Positions 1-9,419 of a stretch of 64,000 nucleotides of DNA are shown here, piece by piece. The stretch comes from a virus (taxonomy: Duplodnaviria > Caudoviricetes). The notes beneath the pieces are model-generated. The model was not told the origin of the DNA. It saw nothing but the letters and a program-made list of their open reading frames with translations, and did not search any database. How positions within the stretch are numbered: the stretch's first letter is position 1; each line of letters starts with the position of its first letter. Location of the stretch: positions 4,604 to 68,603 of the IMG/VR virus record IMGVR_UViG_3300015214_000033. One strand, written 5' to 3'. The position numbers were made by a program, and so were the translations under genes.

Positions 1-1830
1 AATCTACAACCTGTTACTATTTCATATGATAGATTACCATTGAATCATTTAGTTTTAACAGATATTCAAGTTAAAGATAATAAAGGAAGAACATTAGAAG
101 TTATTTCAGATAGAGAAACTCTTGGTGAATGGGCTGATCAGTTAGAGATTGAAAAACCACCTGTATATTTTGAAGGAAAACTTACAGATACGCAGAAAGG
201 TAAGATTTTAGATTTTCTTAATACTCCGTATGATTCTTTATTGAAACGGTTTAAAACTGAAAGTTTCACATCATTTATATTAAAACTTCTTAATCCAGAA
301 CTATCTGGATCATTTCTAAATAACAGTTTAGATAAAGATATTGATGGGTTAATTTTTAGATTTGACGGAAAGGAAGCATATAAAATTGCAGATCCTGACT
401 ATATTCACAGAAAAACTAAAAAAGAACCTGAAAAACCTTCAGATATTTATAACTTGACAGTTGTGATGTTACAGGAATATATGATGTCATTAGATTTTGA
501 TAAAATCAGATTATCAAAAACAAGTTTTTCTGAACGTTATATAGAGTTTATCTGTAAAGTATTCAATAGATTTGTGCAGACACAATTATATAGAGAAAGC
601 TTTGAGGATATTGACTTTGAATTACCTCAATTTTTAACAAGAAGAGATGCTGAATTAAATTTTGAGTTTGTTAAAAATGAAAAAACTAGACGTCTATTAA
701 GAGATAGTAATACAAATCAAGAATTGTTTAAAATACTTCTTGCATCTATGCGTTCTCATAAGAAAAAAGCATCTGGTTTTTTCACAAAAGAACTAATTGT
801 ACATCATAATCAATTGGTTGATAAAATTAAAGATTATATCAACGGTAATATTAAAGAATCATTCTTCTCATTTGAAGAATTTAAAAATACATTTATCAAT
901 GAGAGTGAGGATTGGGATGAGTTTGGAACTTCATTACTAGTTGAAGCAGATGAGACAACTGAACCTGTCATGAAGTATGATGACAAAATTAAAGGTGGCA
1001 AGGGTGATAAAACAGACCCTGTAGATGTTGATGAAAACCAATTAAAAGTTGGTATTGCAGTAGAGATAGAACATACTGATAATCCAGTTACAGCAGAAGA
1101 AATTGCAATAGATCATTTGACTGAAGACCCCGAATATTATACTAAATTGATATTAAGTGGAATTGTAGATGAAGAAGAAGCGATACAATTAGCTAAAGAT
1201 TTATTAGGTATTGAACCTCCTAAAAACGATAAAGAATATGTAGAAGTAGAAGATAAATCAGAAAAACCTATGATTATGTCTGATAAACTTTATCTTGAAG
1301 CATTAACTAAAATATTTAAAAAACTATCGAATAAAACTGTAAAATGTAAAAAATCAAAAGATGTTTGTGTAATGAAAGGGAAATTTTTCCCATATCATAA
1401 TGGACACGAAACAGCTATTGCAGATGCTGTAGATGAAACGGGTGCTAAAGTATTTCTTATTGTTACAGATGAACTTGGAACAATTAAGAAAGAAATGTTA
1501 GATTCAGTAATGTCTGAAAACCCAAATATTTGTGGATATGTTTTTGCAAATACTCGTTCAAATAAAGAGATTAATAATGCATTATCAAATTCTGATAAAA
1601 AAGGACTTAATTTTGCATATTTTTCTGGTAATAATGATCAATGTGAAGATGTTTCTATACAAAATCCAGACATTCAATGTATACCATCAACTAAACATAT
1701 TAAAGTTGATTCAGTCATAAATAAAATTTTAGCAAATGATATTGCTGGATATAAGAAATTAGTTCCAAAATATTTGTATAACTATTTCTATAAAATAAAA
1801 AGTGAATTAGATGCAGTTAAAGACGTTTAA
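1..1830 (+). CDS. 5'-truncated multidomain protein with an internal DUF5661-like module and a C-terminal HxGH nucleotidyltransferase-like domain
   Basis: Frame is open from position 1 (NLQPVTISYDRLPLNH...). Internal GIAVEIEHTD...EIAIDHLTEDPEYYTKL resembles DUF5661; C-terminal KGKFFPYHNGHE resembles the cytidylyltransferase HxGH motif. Confidence 0.55.
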   Translation, partial: NLQPVTISYDRLPLNHLVLTDIQVKDNKGRTLEVISDRETLGEWADQLEIEKPPVYFEGKLTDTQKGKILDFLNTPYDSLLKRFKTESFTSFILKLLNPELSGSFLNNSLDKDIDGLIFRFDGKEAYKIADPDYIHRKTKKEPEKPSDIYNLTVVMLQEYMMSLDFDKIRLSKTSFSERYIEFICKVFNRFVQTQLYRESFEDIDFELPQFLTRRDAELNFEFVKNEKTRRLLRDSNTNQELFKILLASMRSHKKKASGFFTKELIVHHNQLVDKIKDYINGNIKESFFSFEEFKNTFINESEDWDEFGTSLLVEADETTEPVMKYDDKIKGGKGDKTDPVDVDENQLKVGIAVEIEHTDNPVTAEEIAIDHLTEDPEYYTKLILSGIVDEEEAIQLAKDLLGIEPPKNDKEYVEVEDKSEKPMIMSDKLYLEALTKIFKKLSNKTVKCKKSKDVCVMKGKFFPYHNGHETAIADAVDETGAKVFLIVTDELGTIKKEMLDSVMSENPNICGYVFANTRSNKEINNALSNSDKKGLNFAYFSGNNDQCEDVSIQNPDIQCIPSTKHIKVDSVINKILANDIAGYKKLVPKYLYNYFYKIKSELDAVKDV

Positions 1831-2200
1831 TGAATTTATATTTGAATCTTTACAAAGTAATACTACAAAATTAGAAAGTGCTATTGATAACAAGTTTGTT
1901 TGTATAATTGATTACAGAGGACTTGATAAAGGAAGCATTGAAAATGGTATACGTTATATTGAACCATATGTTTTAGGAACTAACAGATTAGGTAATACAG
2001 TTTTACGTGCATGGATGATTAAAGGAGTATCTAAAACAGGAAAGGTTGATCCTTCTTTAGTGCCAGGATGGAGATTGTATAGAGTGGATAGAATTTTTTC
2101 ATTGCAACAAACATTAACTGCAATTAAGCTGCCTCAGAAAGGATATAATATCGCTAGAGATGGTAAAATGAGTGAGATAATAGCATCAATTAAATTTTAA
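1811..2200 (+). CDS. Stand-alone WYL-domain protein with a CTS-like leader
   Basis: RYIEPYVLG...LRAW...WRLYRVDRI is the WYL pattern; N-terminus MQLKTFNEFIFES. Confidence 0.75.
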   Translation: MQLKTFNEFIFESLQSNTTKLESAIDNKFVCIIDYRGLDKGSIENGIRYIEPYVLGTNRLGNTVLRAWMIKGVSKTGKVDPSLVPGWRLYRVDRIFSLQQTLTAIKLPQKGYNIARDGKMSEIIASIKF

Positions 2201-2204
2201 AAGT

Positions 2205-2711
2205 ATGATAAAAACCTATTCAGAATTCCTTTTTGAATCACAGACCGAAGAACTAGTTTCATTTATTTCAGGTATAACTAGAACATATAATAACGATGTT
2301 TATCTTGGACATTTTATAGTTGAAGAAGAAAATAGAAAATGGAAAGAAATTAGAGATAATATTCAATTAAGACAAACTATAACATTTCCAGCACAATATC
2401 AAATAAAATTTATTCAAGATGATAAAAAATATAATGTTATCATTGAGTACAATTTCTCATTTTTTGGACAGAATGAATTGGACGTGCCTGATTCCAGCTT
2501 TGATGTGGATACTGAACGTCTAGGAATTGTATTAGATAATATTGAAATAAAGAAATTAAAGATTGTATCACAGTTTTTAAATGTCGATACGTCCAATATT
2601 AATGACAGATTAAAAGAAGAACTTGTTAGATTTTTAATTAAAGTTATGTCTAATGATTATGATATATTATCTGCAAATTTACAGACATTACAGCAAGAAA
2701 TATATGATTAA
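2205..2711 (+). CDS. Hypothetical protein with a CTS-like leader
   Basis: 168 aa ORF; N-terminus MIKTYSEFLFES. Confidence 0.7.
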   Translation: MIKTYSEFLFESQTEELVSFISGITRTYNNDVYLGHFIVEEENRKWKEIRDNIQLRQTITFPAQYQIKFIQDDKKYNVIIEYNFSFFGQNELDVPDSSFDVDTERLGIVLDNIEIKKLKIVSQFLNVDTSNINDRLKEELVRFLIKVMSNDYDILSANLQTLQQEIYD

Positions 2712-2729
2712 ATGTAAAACAATGCAATA

Positions 2730-3055
2730 ATGATAAAGAGTTTTAAAGATTGGTGCTTTTAGAGTGCAGGTCGAGTAAATCGATCTCAATTTTTATTAAC
2801 CAAAGAAGAGATTGAACAATGGTTGAAAGATAATACAGAAATTGGTAATTATGTTATTAATGATGACATGACAGTTGATGTTAAGTCAATTAAAAAGATT
2901 GAAGTTAAGTTAGTGGTTACTTTGATTGCGGTTCTTGTACATCATTGACGAGCGTTGAGCATAAAGTCAGTTGGTCAATTTTAGATGACTATATTTTAGA
3001 CAAAAACATTGGTGGTTCAAGACGATCAATGGCAAAATTAAAAAAAGGATTTTAG
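2730..3055 (+). pseudogene. Frameshifted, internally deleted LRR-type jumbo-phage protein
   Basis: Fragments in shifting frames: MIKSFKDW; KEEIEQWLKDNTEIGNYVINDDMTVDV; SGYFDCGSCTSLTSVE (repeat unit); C-terminus GGSRRSMAKLKKGF*. Confidence 0.6.
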
Positions 3056-3063
3056 ATATATAA
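3055..3063 (+). promoter_or_regulatory. GATATATAA putative late promoter
   Basis: Recurrent motif, 19 nt upstream of the ATG at 3083. Confidence 0.6.
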
Positions 3064-3082
3064 AAAAATTAAACATAAAATT

Positions 3083-3616
3083 ATGCCAAGCAAATCACAA
3101 TCGCAAAAAAAATTGATGTTATGGGCATTAGCATGTAAAAAGGGCGATGCTAAAAATTGTCCTAAACATGTTAAAGAATTAGCAGATTCAATGACAATTA
3201 AACAATTGGAAGATTATGTAAAAACAGATTCTGAAGATCTACCACAAAAAGTTAAAGAATCATTAGAGTTAAGTTTAGAACAAATGAATGAATCTGAATT
3301 AGAAGAATTGGATAAAATAGATGAATCTAATGGTTCATTTAGTGGTGCTACACGAGTAACAGTTTCAAATGTTGAAGGCATGGGTGATGTAACACCTCCA
3401 CCTCCAGGCGGAGTTGATAAAGGAAGTGTCGATGCATTTCCAAGTCTATTTACACCTAGTACATTTAAACTTCCAGGAAGTAAAAAGAGAAAAAATGAGA
3501 GACGTATCATGGATTTCGAACAATTTTTGAAACGTATAAATTATAGAACACATGATGATGATACTCAAACTGGATTAGGTAAAAATCCACCATCTAAAAA
3601 TAATCCATCTAAGTAA
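3083..3616 (+). CDS. DUF3008-like N-terminal domain protein
   Basis: MPSKSQSQKKLMLWALACKKG...ELADSMTIKQLEDYVKT resembles DUF3008. Confidence 0.55.
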   Translation: MPSKSQSQKKLMLWALACKKGDAKNCPKHVKELADSMTIKQLEDYVKTDSEDLPQKVKESLELSLEQMNESELEELDKIDESNGSFSGATRVTVSNVEGMGDVTPPPPGGVDKGSVDAFPSLFTPSTFKLPGSKKRKNERRIMDFEQFLKRINYRTHDDDTQTGLGKNPPSKNNPSK

Positions 3617-3631
3617 AATAACAATAAAAAT

Positions 3632-3814
3632 ATGAAAACATTTGACGATTTTTTAAATGAAGGTAGTGGAGATTTGAGTGATAAAGTATCTAAATTCATG
3701 AAAGATGTAATTGGAGAAAATGATGAAATTTTCAAAAAATTCATGAAAAAGAATGACATGAATCCTGCAGATCTTTCTGATTTTAAAGCATCAGTGCTTA
3801 AAAAACTTAAATAG
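3632..3814 (+). CDS. Small protein with a CTS-like leader
   Basis: MKTFDDFLNEG; 60 aa. Confidence 0.65.
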   Translation: MKTFDDFLNEGSGDLSDKVSKFMKDVIGENDEIFKKFMKKNDMNPADLSDFKASVLKKLK

Positions 3815-3828
3815 AAAATATTACATAG

Positions 3829-3855
3829 AGGGCTATTCATAATAGCCCTTTGTTG
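3829..3855 (+). terminator. Rho-independent terminator
   Basis: AGGGCTATT-CAT-AATAGCCCT stem followed by TTGTT. Confidence 0.75.
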
Positions 3856-3857
3856 TG

Positions 3858-3883
3858 TGAACTTTTGTGTATGTCATATATAA
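3858..3883 (+). promoter_or_regulatory. TGAAC-N16-TATAA putative promoter
   Basis: The same spacing recurs at 37108, 42952 and 50936. Confidence 0.5.
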
Positions 3884-3886
3884 TTT

Positions 3887-4493
3887 TTGTCTATGAATAA
3901 TTTTTGTGTATATTTTCATTATATTAAAAATGAATCCTGTCCATTTTATATTGGAATAGGGTCTTTAAAAAGACCTTATGATAAAAGACGATCTAAATTT
4001 TGGAATAATATAGTGAATAAATATGGTCAACCTATTATAAAAATAATACATGAAAACTTGTCATGGGATGATGCATGTAAATTAGAAATACAATATATTA
4101 AAAAATATGGACGTCGAGATATTGGTACAGGATGTTTAGTTAATATGACAGATGGTGGAGACGGAAGTACAGGTTATAAACATAACATTGATTTTATTAA
4201 TAAAATGAAACATATTAATAGAACTAATGATTGGAAAAATAATATAAAAAAATCATTGATTGGAAAATCACATTCTGCGGAACGTATTGAGAATAATAGA
4301 AATAGTCAAATTGGGTTACATAGTGGTTATAAAAATGCAAGAAGCGTTTTTTATACATTTCTTTCACCAGAAATGGGAAAATTTGAAGTATTTGGAAATT
4401 TAAAGAAGAACATAATCTCAGAAGTGGATTTTTAAAATTATGTAATGGTAAGATTGATGAGTATAAAGGATGGAAATTAATAGACAAATATAA
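3887..4493 (+). CDS. GIY-YIG-like homing endonuclease with a frameshifted C-terminus
   Basis: CVYFHY...FYIGIG...R and LVNMTDGGDG. After NLKK (~4405) another frame continues HNLRSGFLKLCNGKIDEYKGWKLIDK*, implying a small deletion. Confidence 0.7.
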
Positions 4494-4508
4494 ATAAATA
4501 AAGAAAGT

Positions 4509-4946
4509 ATGAATACACCAAAATTAAATTATCAGTTACTATCAGGTAATGCTAAAGATCCAATACGTGGTACAATAGGTTCTTCTGGGATAGATGTGTT
4601 TTCTCCGATAGATATAATAGTACCAAAACATGGTGATGTGTTAATTCCGTTAGATATACGATTCGAAATTCCATATGGATGGGATTTGTCTGTATATAAT
4701 AAATCGGGTATTTCAACCAAAAAAAAATTAATTAAAGGTGCAGAATTAATAGATTCTGATTATAGAGGAACTGTGCATATACATTTTTTCAATATGTCAG
4801 ACACTGATGTTGAAATAAATAAGGGCGATAAAATAGCACAATTAGTTATGCGTGAAGTTTGGATGGGAGAATTAAATAAAGTAGATAATATAGATATAAA
4901 TACTGAACGTGGTGCAGGAGGATTTGGATCAACAGGAACAAAATAA
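4509..4946 (+). CDS. dut: dUTPase
   Basis: SSGIDV, LIDSDYRG, GDKIAQLV and RGAGGFGSTG motifs. Confidence 0.95.
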   Translation: MNTPKLNYQLLSGNAKDPIRGTIGSSGIDVFSPIDIIVPKHGDVLIPLDIRFEIPYGWDLSVYNKSGISTKKKLIKGAELIDSDYRGTVHIHFFNMSDTDVEINKGDKIAQLVMREVWMGELNKVDNIDINTERGAGGFGSTGTK

Positions 4947-4953
4947 TAATAAT

Positions 4954-5472
4954 ATGATAAAAATATCAAAAAACCCAATACTTAATGACTCTAGAGGAAT
5001 GTTTTTTCCTCTAGACATTAAAGGTGAATGGACACAAAGCAATATTAGTGTTAGCCGTCTTTATGGAACATTTAGAGGTATGCATCACCAAACTGGTCAA
5101 ACTTCACAGAGCAAAAAAATCACAGTTATAACTGGAAAAATCATAGATTTTGTAGTATCTCTTAGAGAAGACTCATTCAGTGAAGCTCAATTTTTTGAAC
5201 TCCATCCTGGAGATACTATCGAAATTCCAAAAAATTATGCTCATGGATTTCTGACATTAGAAGATTATACTATGATTCAATATTTAGTAGATGCACCATA
5301 TTCTCCAACTACAGAAGTAAATATTCATTGGACATCAATACCTTTAATTAAAGAAGTTATAGATGCAGAGTGCCCACACGTAATATTATCAGATAAAGAT
5401 AGCAACGCAGTTTCATTGTCAAAAGAATTACACATGGAACGTACAGGTATACAATACACCTTAGACTTTTAA
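4954..5472 (+). CDS. rmlC: dTDP-4-dehydrorhamnose 3,5-epimerase (RmlC-like)
   Basis: DSRGMF, FRGMHHQ, QSKKITVITGKIIDFVV, IPKNYAHGFLTL and LSDKD. Confidence 0.85.
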   Translation: MIKISKNPILNDSRGMFFPLDIKGEWTQSNISVSRLYGTFRGMHHQTGQTSQSKKITVITGKIIDFVVSLREDSFSEAQFFELHPGDTIEIPKNYAHGFLTLEDYTMIQYLVDAPYSPTTEVNIHWTSIPLIKEVIDAECPHVILSDKDSNAVSLSKELHMERTGIQYTLDF

Positions 5473-5474
5473 TC

Positions 5475-5972
5475 ATGACTAGAAAACCTTATTTGTATCA
5501 AATGATGTCACGTATAGAAGATTGGTCAGAATATGCTGAACCAAAACATAAATATATGACTGTCAATAATTCATCATGTCATATGTCTATATTTCCAGAG
5601 TTTTATACAAATATAGAATCTATTAAACAACAACTTAAGATTGAGAAAGAAGATGCTATGACATATTCTATTACTTCAATTGTTTGGGATTTGTATAAAA
5701 AGAAAGCGTTGTATGTTTTTCATGAAATAGATAAACTTCCACGTACTACTTCAGAGGATATGGCACTCTATGAAAAAGAACAACAAGAGAAAGAAGAAAT
5801 AATTCGTAAACGTGAAGAAATAAAATTTCAAAATGAGAAATATGAACAACATATACGAGAGTGTAAAATGTTTATAGATCAAAAGGAAACGGAATATATT
5901 GAGTATGTTAAAGATTGTGCAGTTTTAGGTTATGATCCAAAACCGTTTTGGGAATTTGCCAGTTTTAATTGA
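5475..5972 (+). CDS. Hypothetical protein
   Basis: 165 aa ORF, in tandem with its neighbours. Confidence 0.6.
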   Translation: MTRKPYLYQMMSRIEDWSEYAEPKHKYMTVNNSSCHMSIFPEFYTNIESIKQQLKIEKEDAMTYSITSIVWDLYKKKALYVFHEIDKLPRTTSEDMALYEKEQQEKEEIIRKREEIKFQNEKYEQHIRECKMFIDQKETEYIEYVKDCAVLGYDPKPFWEFASFN

Positions 5973-6012
5973 TAGTGAACAACTTTTTTATATACATAAA
6001 ACTATTAAAGCA

Positions 6013-6711
6013 ATGAACTATCAATTAATATATGATCATCTGATATTGAGTCGTAAAGAAAGAATAAAAGATCCAAATATATACTATGAAATTCATCATA
6101 TTATATTGCGATCAATGGGTGGATCAAATTTACCAGATAATTTAGTATCATTAACTGCCAGAGAACATTTTATTGCACATTGGTTATTATGGAGAATTTA
6201 TAGAAATAAACAGACAGCATTTGCATTCTATGCAATGTGTTCGTGGAAAAATAATAAAATTCAAGGCAAAGAACGGTCATTTTCATCCAGAGGTTACGCT
6301 GAAGCAAGAGAAGCTCTTTCTAAAGTAAAATGGACACATTCTAAAGAGACTAAATGTAAGATATCAGAGATAAAAACTGGAGTAAAACTTGGACCTATTT
6401 CGAATCATAGGTCACAAAAGTTGAAACAATATTTTATAGATAATAAATATTTGAGAATATGTGTATGTAATGTATGTGGAAATACTTTTGAGATAACAAA
6501 AAAGAGCGCTAATAAAACAATATATTGTTCTAAAAAATGTGCAAGTAGTGTAACAAATAAGAACAAACGTATTATTGAGGTTATAAACAAAACAACGTAT
6601 GAAACATTTACTTTTGAATCTATTAGTAAAGCTGCTAAAGAACTAAATATTAATAGAAGTATAATTTATTCATATAAAGAACATCCTATTTATAAATTTA
6701 AAATAATATGA
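6013..6711 (+). CDS. HNH homing endonuclease with a NUMOD3-like motif
   Basis: YYEIHHIILRSMGGSNLPDNLVSLTAREHFIAHWLL; HSKETKCKISE. Confidence 0.85.
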   Translation: MNYQLIYDHLILSRKERIKDPNIYYEIHHIILRSMGGSNLPDNLVSLTAREHFIAHWLLWRIYRNKQTAFAFYAMCSWKNNKIQGKERSFSSRGYAEAREALSKVKWTHSKETKCKISEIKTGVKLGPISNHRSQKLKQYFIDNKYLRICVCNVCGNTFEITKKSANKTIYCSKKCASSVTNKNKRIIEVINKTTYETFTFESISKAAKELNINRSIIYSYKEHPIYKFKII

Positions 6712-8087
6712 TAGATATAGAACAGTTGAGTGACAGATTGAGAATTTCTTATTATGATGAATCTGGTCAGGTTGCATTAAAAGATATAGCAATACCAAAA
6801 GCTGAAAAATTTGCTTGGGAACCAGCAGGTTCATCTAGAGCAGATAGTAAATTTGTCAGTTGGGATAACAAACCTATTAAAAAGAAAAATTCATTCTTTC
6901 TTAATAAATTTAGAATTGAAGAATTTATGTTAGGTCTTCCTGATTATATTACAAACGAAGTGTATGATTTTCATCAACCAGAAGTTTGGTTTTGTGATAT
7001 TGAGGTAGAAGTTCAGGATTCATTTCCAGACCCTGAACAAGCTGCAACACCAATAACAACTGTTGCATTAGTAAATCCTAAGAATAAAGAAGTTGTTGTT
7101 CTTGGAGTTAAAGAACTTACAAATCAAGAAGTAAATGATATTTGTAAGAAAACAAATAAATACTTTGAACAATATAATCTAAACTTCACTCTCCAGTATG
7201 TTTGTTTTAAATCTGAGGCAGAAATGTTAATGACTTTAATGGAACATTATATCAAGAAAATTCCTCTATTGACAGGCTGGAATTTCGTTGGATTTGACTG
7301 GAAATATATTGTAAATCGTTGTCGACGCGTTGGAATTGATCCAGCTAAATGTTCTATTGCAGGTAAACTTATGGGCAAGGAAGAAATTCCTTTACATAAA
7401 GTGATTGTCGATTATTTGGAACTGTATAAAAAATGGGATAGAGTTGTAAAAATTAAAGAAAACAACAAACTTGATACGGTAGCAAATCAAGTTCTTGGAC
7501 TTGAAAAAATTAAATATAGTGGAACATTGATGGATTTGTATAATACAGATTTTTTCACTTATGTTTATTACAACATTGTCGATACAATCCTTGTTCATCT
7601 TATTGATGAAAAAATTAAAACGATGCAAACATTCTTAATGCTTGGAAATATTACAAGAGTTGAAGCATTAAAAGCATTTTCACCTATTTGGATGACTGAA
7701 ATTGTATTGGCTCGTGAATTTTATGCAAAAGGTAAAGTTGTGGCAGAAATGAATAAAGCCACAAAAACATCAGGATTTGAAGGTGCATATGTTAAAAAGC
7801 CAGAAGTTGGTCTACATGAACATATTGCTATCTTTGACTTTGCTTCTCTATATCCATCAACAATGAGACAGTGGAATATTTCTCCTGAAATGTATAAGGG
7901 TAAAAATGTTGAGTTAAAACCTGGTTGGATTAAAACAGCATCTGGTTCAGTGTTTGACAATAATTCTGATTCAGTTATGAGAACTATATTGGAGGATTTT
8001 TATGCTCAACGTAAAGTTGCAAAGAAGAAATCATTTGATATTGAAAAGGAAATTGATGAACTTGAACACATTCTTAAAACAAAATAA
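6708..8087 (+). CDS. Family B DNA polymerase, N-terminal part (3'-5' exonuclease plus motif A), gp43A-like
   Basis: CDIEVE, LTGWNFVGFDWKYI, YNIVDT, GAYVKKP and DFASLYPS. Ends in the fingers region before motif B. Confidence 0.9.
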   Translation: MIDIEQLSDRLRISYYDESGQVALKDIAIPKAEKFAWEPAGSSRADSKFVSWDNKPIKKKNSFFLNKFRIEEFMLGLPDYITNEVYDFHQPEVWFCDIEVEVQDSFPDPEQAATPITTVALVNPKNKEVVVLGVKELTNQEVNDICKKTNKYFEQYNLNFTLQYVCFKSEAEMLMTLMEHYIKKIPLLTGWNFVGFDWKYIVNRCRRVGIDPAKCSIAGKLMGKEEIPLHKVIVDYLELYKKWDRVVKIKENNKLDTVANQVLGLEKIKYSGTLMDLYNTDFFTYVYYNIVDTILVHLIDEKIKTMQTFLMLGNITRVEALKAFSPIWMTEIVLAREFYAKGKVVAEMNKATKTSGFEGAYVKKPEVGLHEHIAIFDFASLYPSTMRQWNISPEMYKGKNVELKPGWIKTASGSVFDNNSDSVMRTILEDFYAQRKVAKKKSFDIEKEIDELEHILKTK

Positions 8088-8213
8088 TGAGCATTTGGAG
8101 CGTATTTTGTTAAATATCCAATACCTACAAATCTTACGGTTGTACAACTTGATGCAGATGTTCATGCGGCAGATCATATATTAGCTATCGTAAAAGAAAC
8201 GATTAGTTTAGAA

Positions 8214-8222
8214 GATATATAA
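8214..8222 (+). promoter_or_regulatory. GATATATAA putative late promoter
   Basis: 20 nt upstream of the ATG at 8243. Confidence 0.55.
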
Positions 8223-8242
8223 GAAAAAGAAAATATTTTAGT

Positions 8243-8485
8243 ATGAGAACATATTCTAATGACATTCAAAAACTATACGAAGCTATAGGATACGAAAAAA
8301 TTGAAGTAGGTAAAACATATACTACTGAAAAAGGTGATAAAGTTGCTGTTAAAAATATTTATATAGATGCTACAAATGAAGATGCTGTAGTATATGCTGA
8401 GTATGAAATTGAAACAGTCACTGGAGAAAAAAGTACAGAAATTAATAGATATAATGTACTAGTAGATATTATACGCACAAAATAA
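8243..8485 (+). CDS. Small hypothetical protein
   Basis: 80 aa ORF preceded by the promoter motif. Confidence 0.6.
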   Translation: MRTYSNDIQKLYEAIGYEKIEVGKTYTTEKGDKVAVKNIYIDATNEDAVVYAEYEIETVTGEKSTEINRYNVLVDIIRTK

Positions 8486-8554
8486 TTCATGTGGGCTTTT
8501 TGATCAATTTTATTATAATTTTTTTATGATTTTTTTTCGAATCGACCATGTTAT

Positions 8555-8585
8555 AAGTCTGATATTCGTAATATCAGACTTTTTT
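8555..8585 (+). terminator. Rho-independent terminator
   Basis: Perfect 12-bp stem AAGTCTGATATT-CGT-AATATCAGACTT followed by a T tract. Confidence 0.8.
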
Positions 8586-8653
8586 GTTGAACAATGTTTT
8601 ATAAAAATACTCAAATGTGTTATCTTGTATAAAACGATTAAATTTTTTTTATT

Positions 8654-8983
8654 ATGAATAATACTTATGATTGGGTTCTTACAGGAACCAAACCAGTAAA
8701 AGAAGGAACTGTTCTTACAGAAGATCAGATTAAAGAAATGTTAGAAGTTGCATTTAAAGAAGGAAGTAAATTTCAATTATTTTTATGCGGAGCAATGATT
8801 GATAGAACTGGAACTTTGGAAGAAATGGAAGATGGTCTTAAATTAATAATCGCTGAGTCTGAAGATTATAAACCAGGAGACTATTGTATTATATCTTCAC
8901 ATGAATACGGAAGTTTGTTATTTATGCCAATTAAACCAGAAGAAACTCAATCTTTACTTACCCCACCAACAGCAGAAGCATAA
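8654..8983 (+). CDS. Hypothetical protein
   Basis: 109 aa ORF overlapping the next start. Confidence 0.6.
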   Translation: MNNTYDWVLTGTKPVKEGTVLTEDQIKEMLEVAFKEGSKFQLFLCGAMIDRTGTLEEMEDGLKLIIAESEDYKPGDYCIISSHEYGSLLFMPIKPEETQSLLTPPTAEA

Positions 8984-9414
8984 TGAAAGTGAAAATTTCA
9001 GCAGGAATATTATTTGTATTGAATGAAGAAAAAGTACTTCTTGTTCATGCAACTAATGCTAAATGGTGGTATCAATATGGTCCACCAAAAGGACATGTTG
9101 AAGATGGTGAATCTTTTGAAATTGCTGCTTCAAGAGAAACTAAAGAAGAAGTTGGCATAGATATTGATCCGAACCAATTAGATGAAATGATTACCATTGA
9201 GTATAAGAGCAAAAATGGTAAAAAATACAAAATTGTTAAATTATTCATCTATAAAATATCTTCTCTAGAAGAGATTGGCTTGGAGAATGACTTAATACCT
9301 TTTTCTATGTTACAGCACGAAGAAGTCGATCATGCTAAATTTATGACACTTGAAGAATGTGAAAAGAGAGTTTTACCAAGATTTTTACCTTACATTAAGA
9401 ATTACATTAAATAA
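8983..9414 (+). CDS. NUDIX hydrolase
   Basis: Nudix box PKGHVEDGESFEIAASRETKEEVG. Confidence 0.9.
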   Translation: MKVKISAGILFVLNEEKVLLVHATNAKWWYQYGPPKGHVEDGESFEIAASRETKEEVGIDIDPNQLDEMITIEYKSKNGKKYKIVKLFIYKISSLEEIGLENDLIPFSMLQHEEVDHAKFMTLEECEKRVLPRFLPYIKNYIK

Positions 9415-9419
9415 ATTAT

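Noticed and set aside
8085-8222. Short coding-like stretch after polB-N
   Set aside because: No clear start in the frame that looks coding; probably a remnant, too weak to call.
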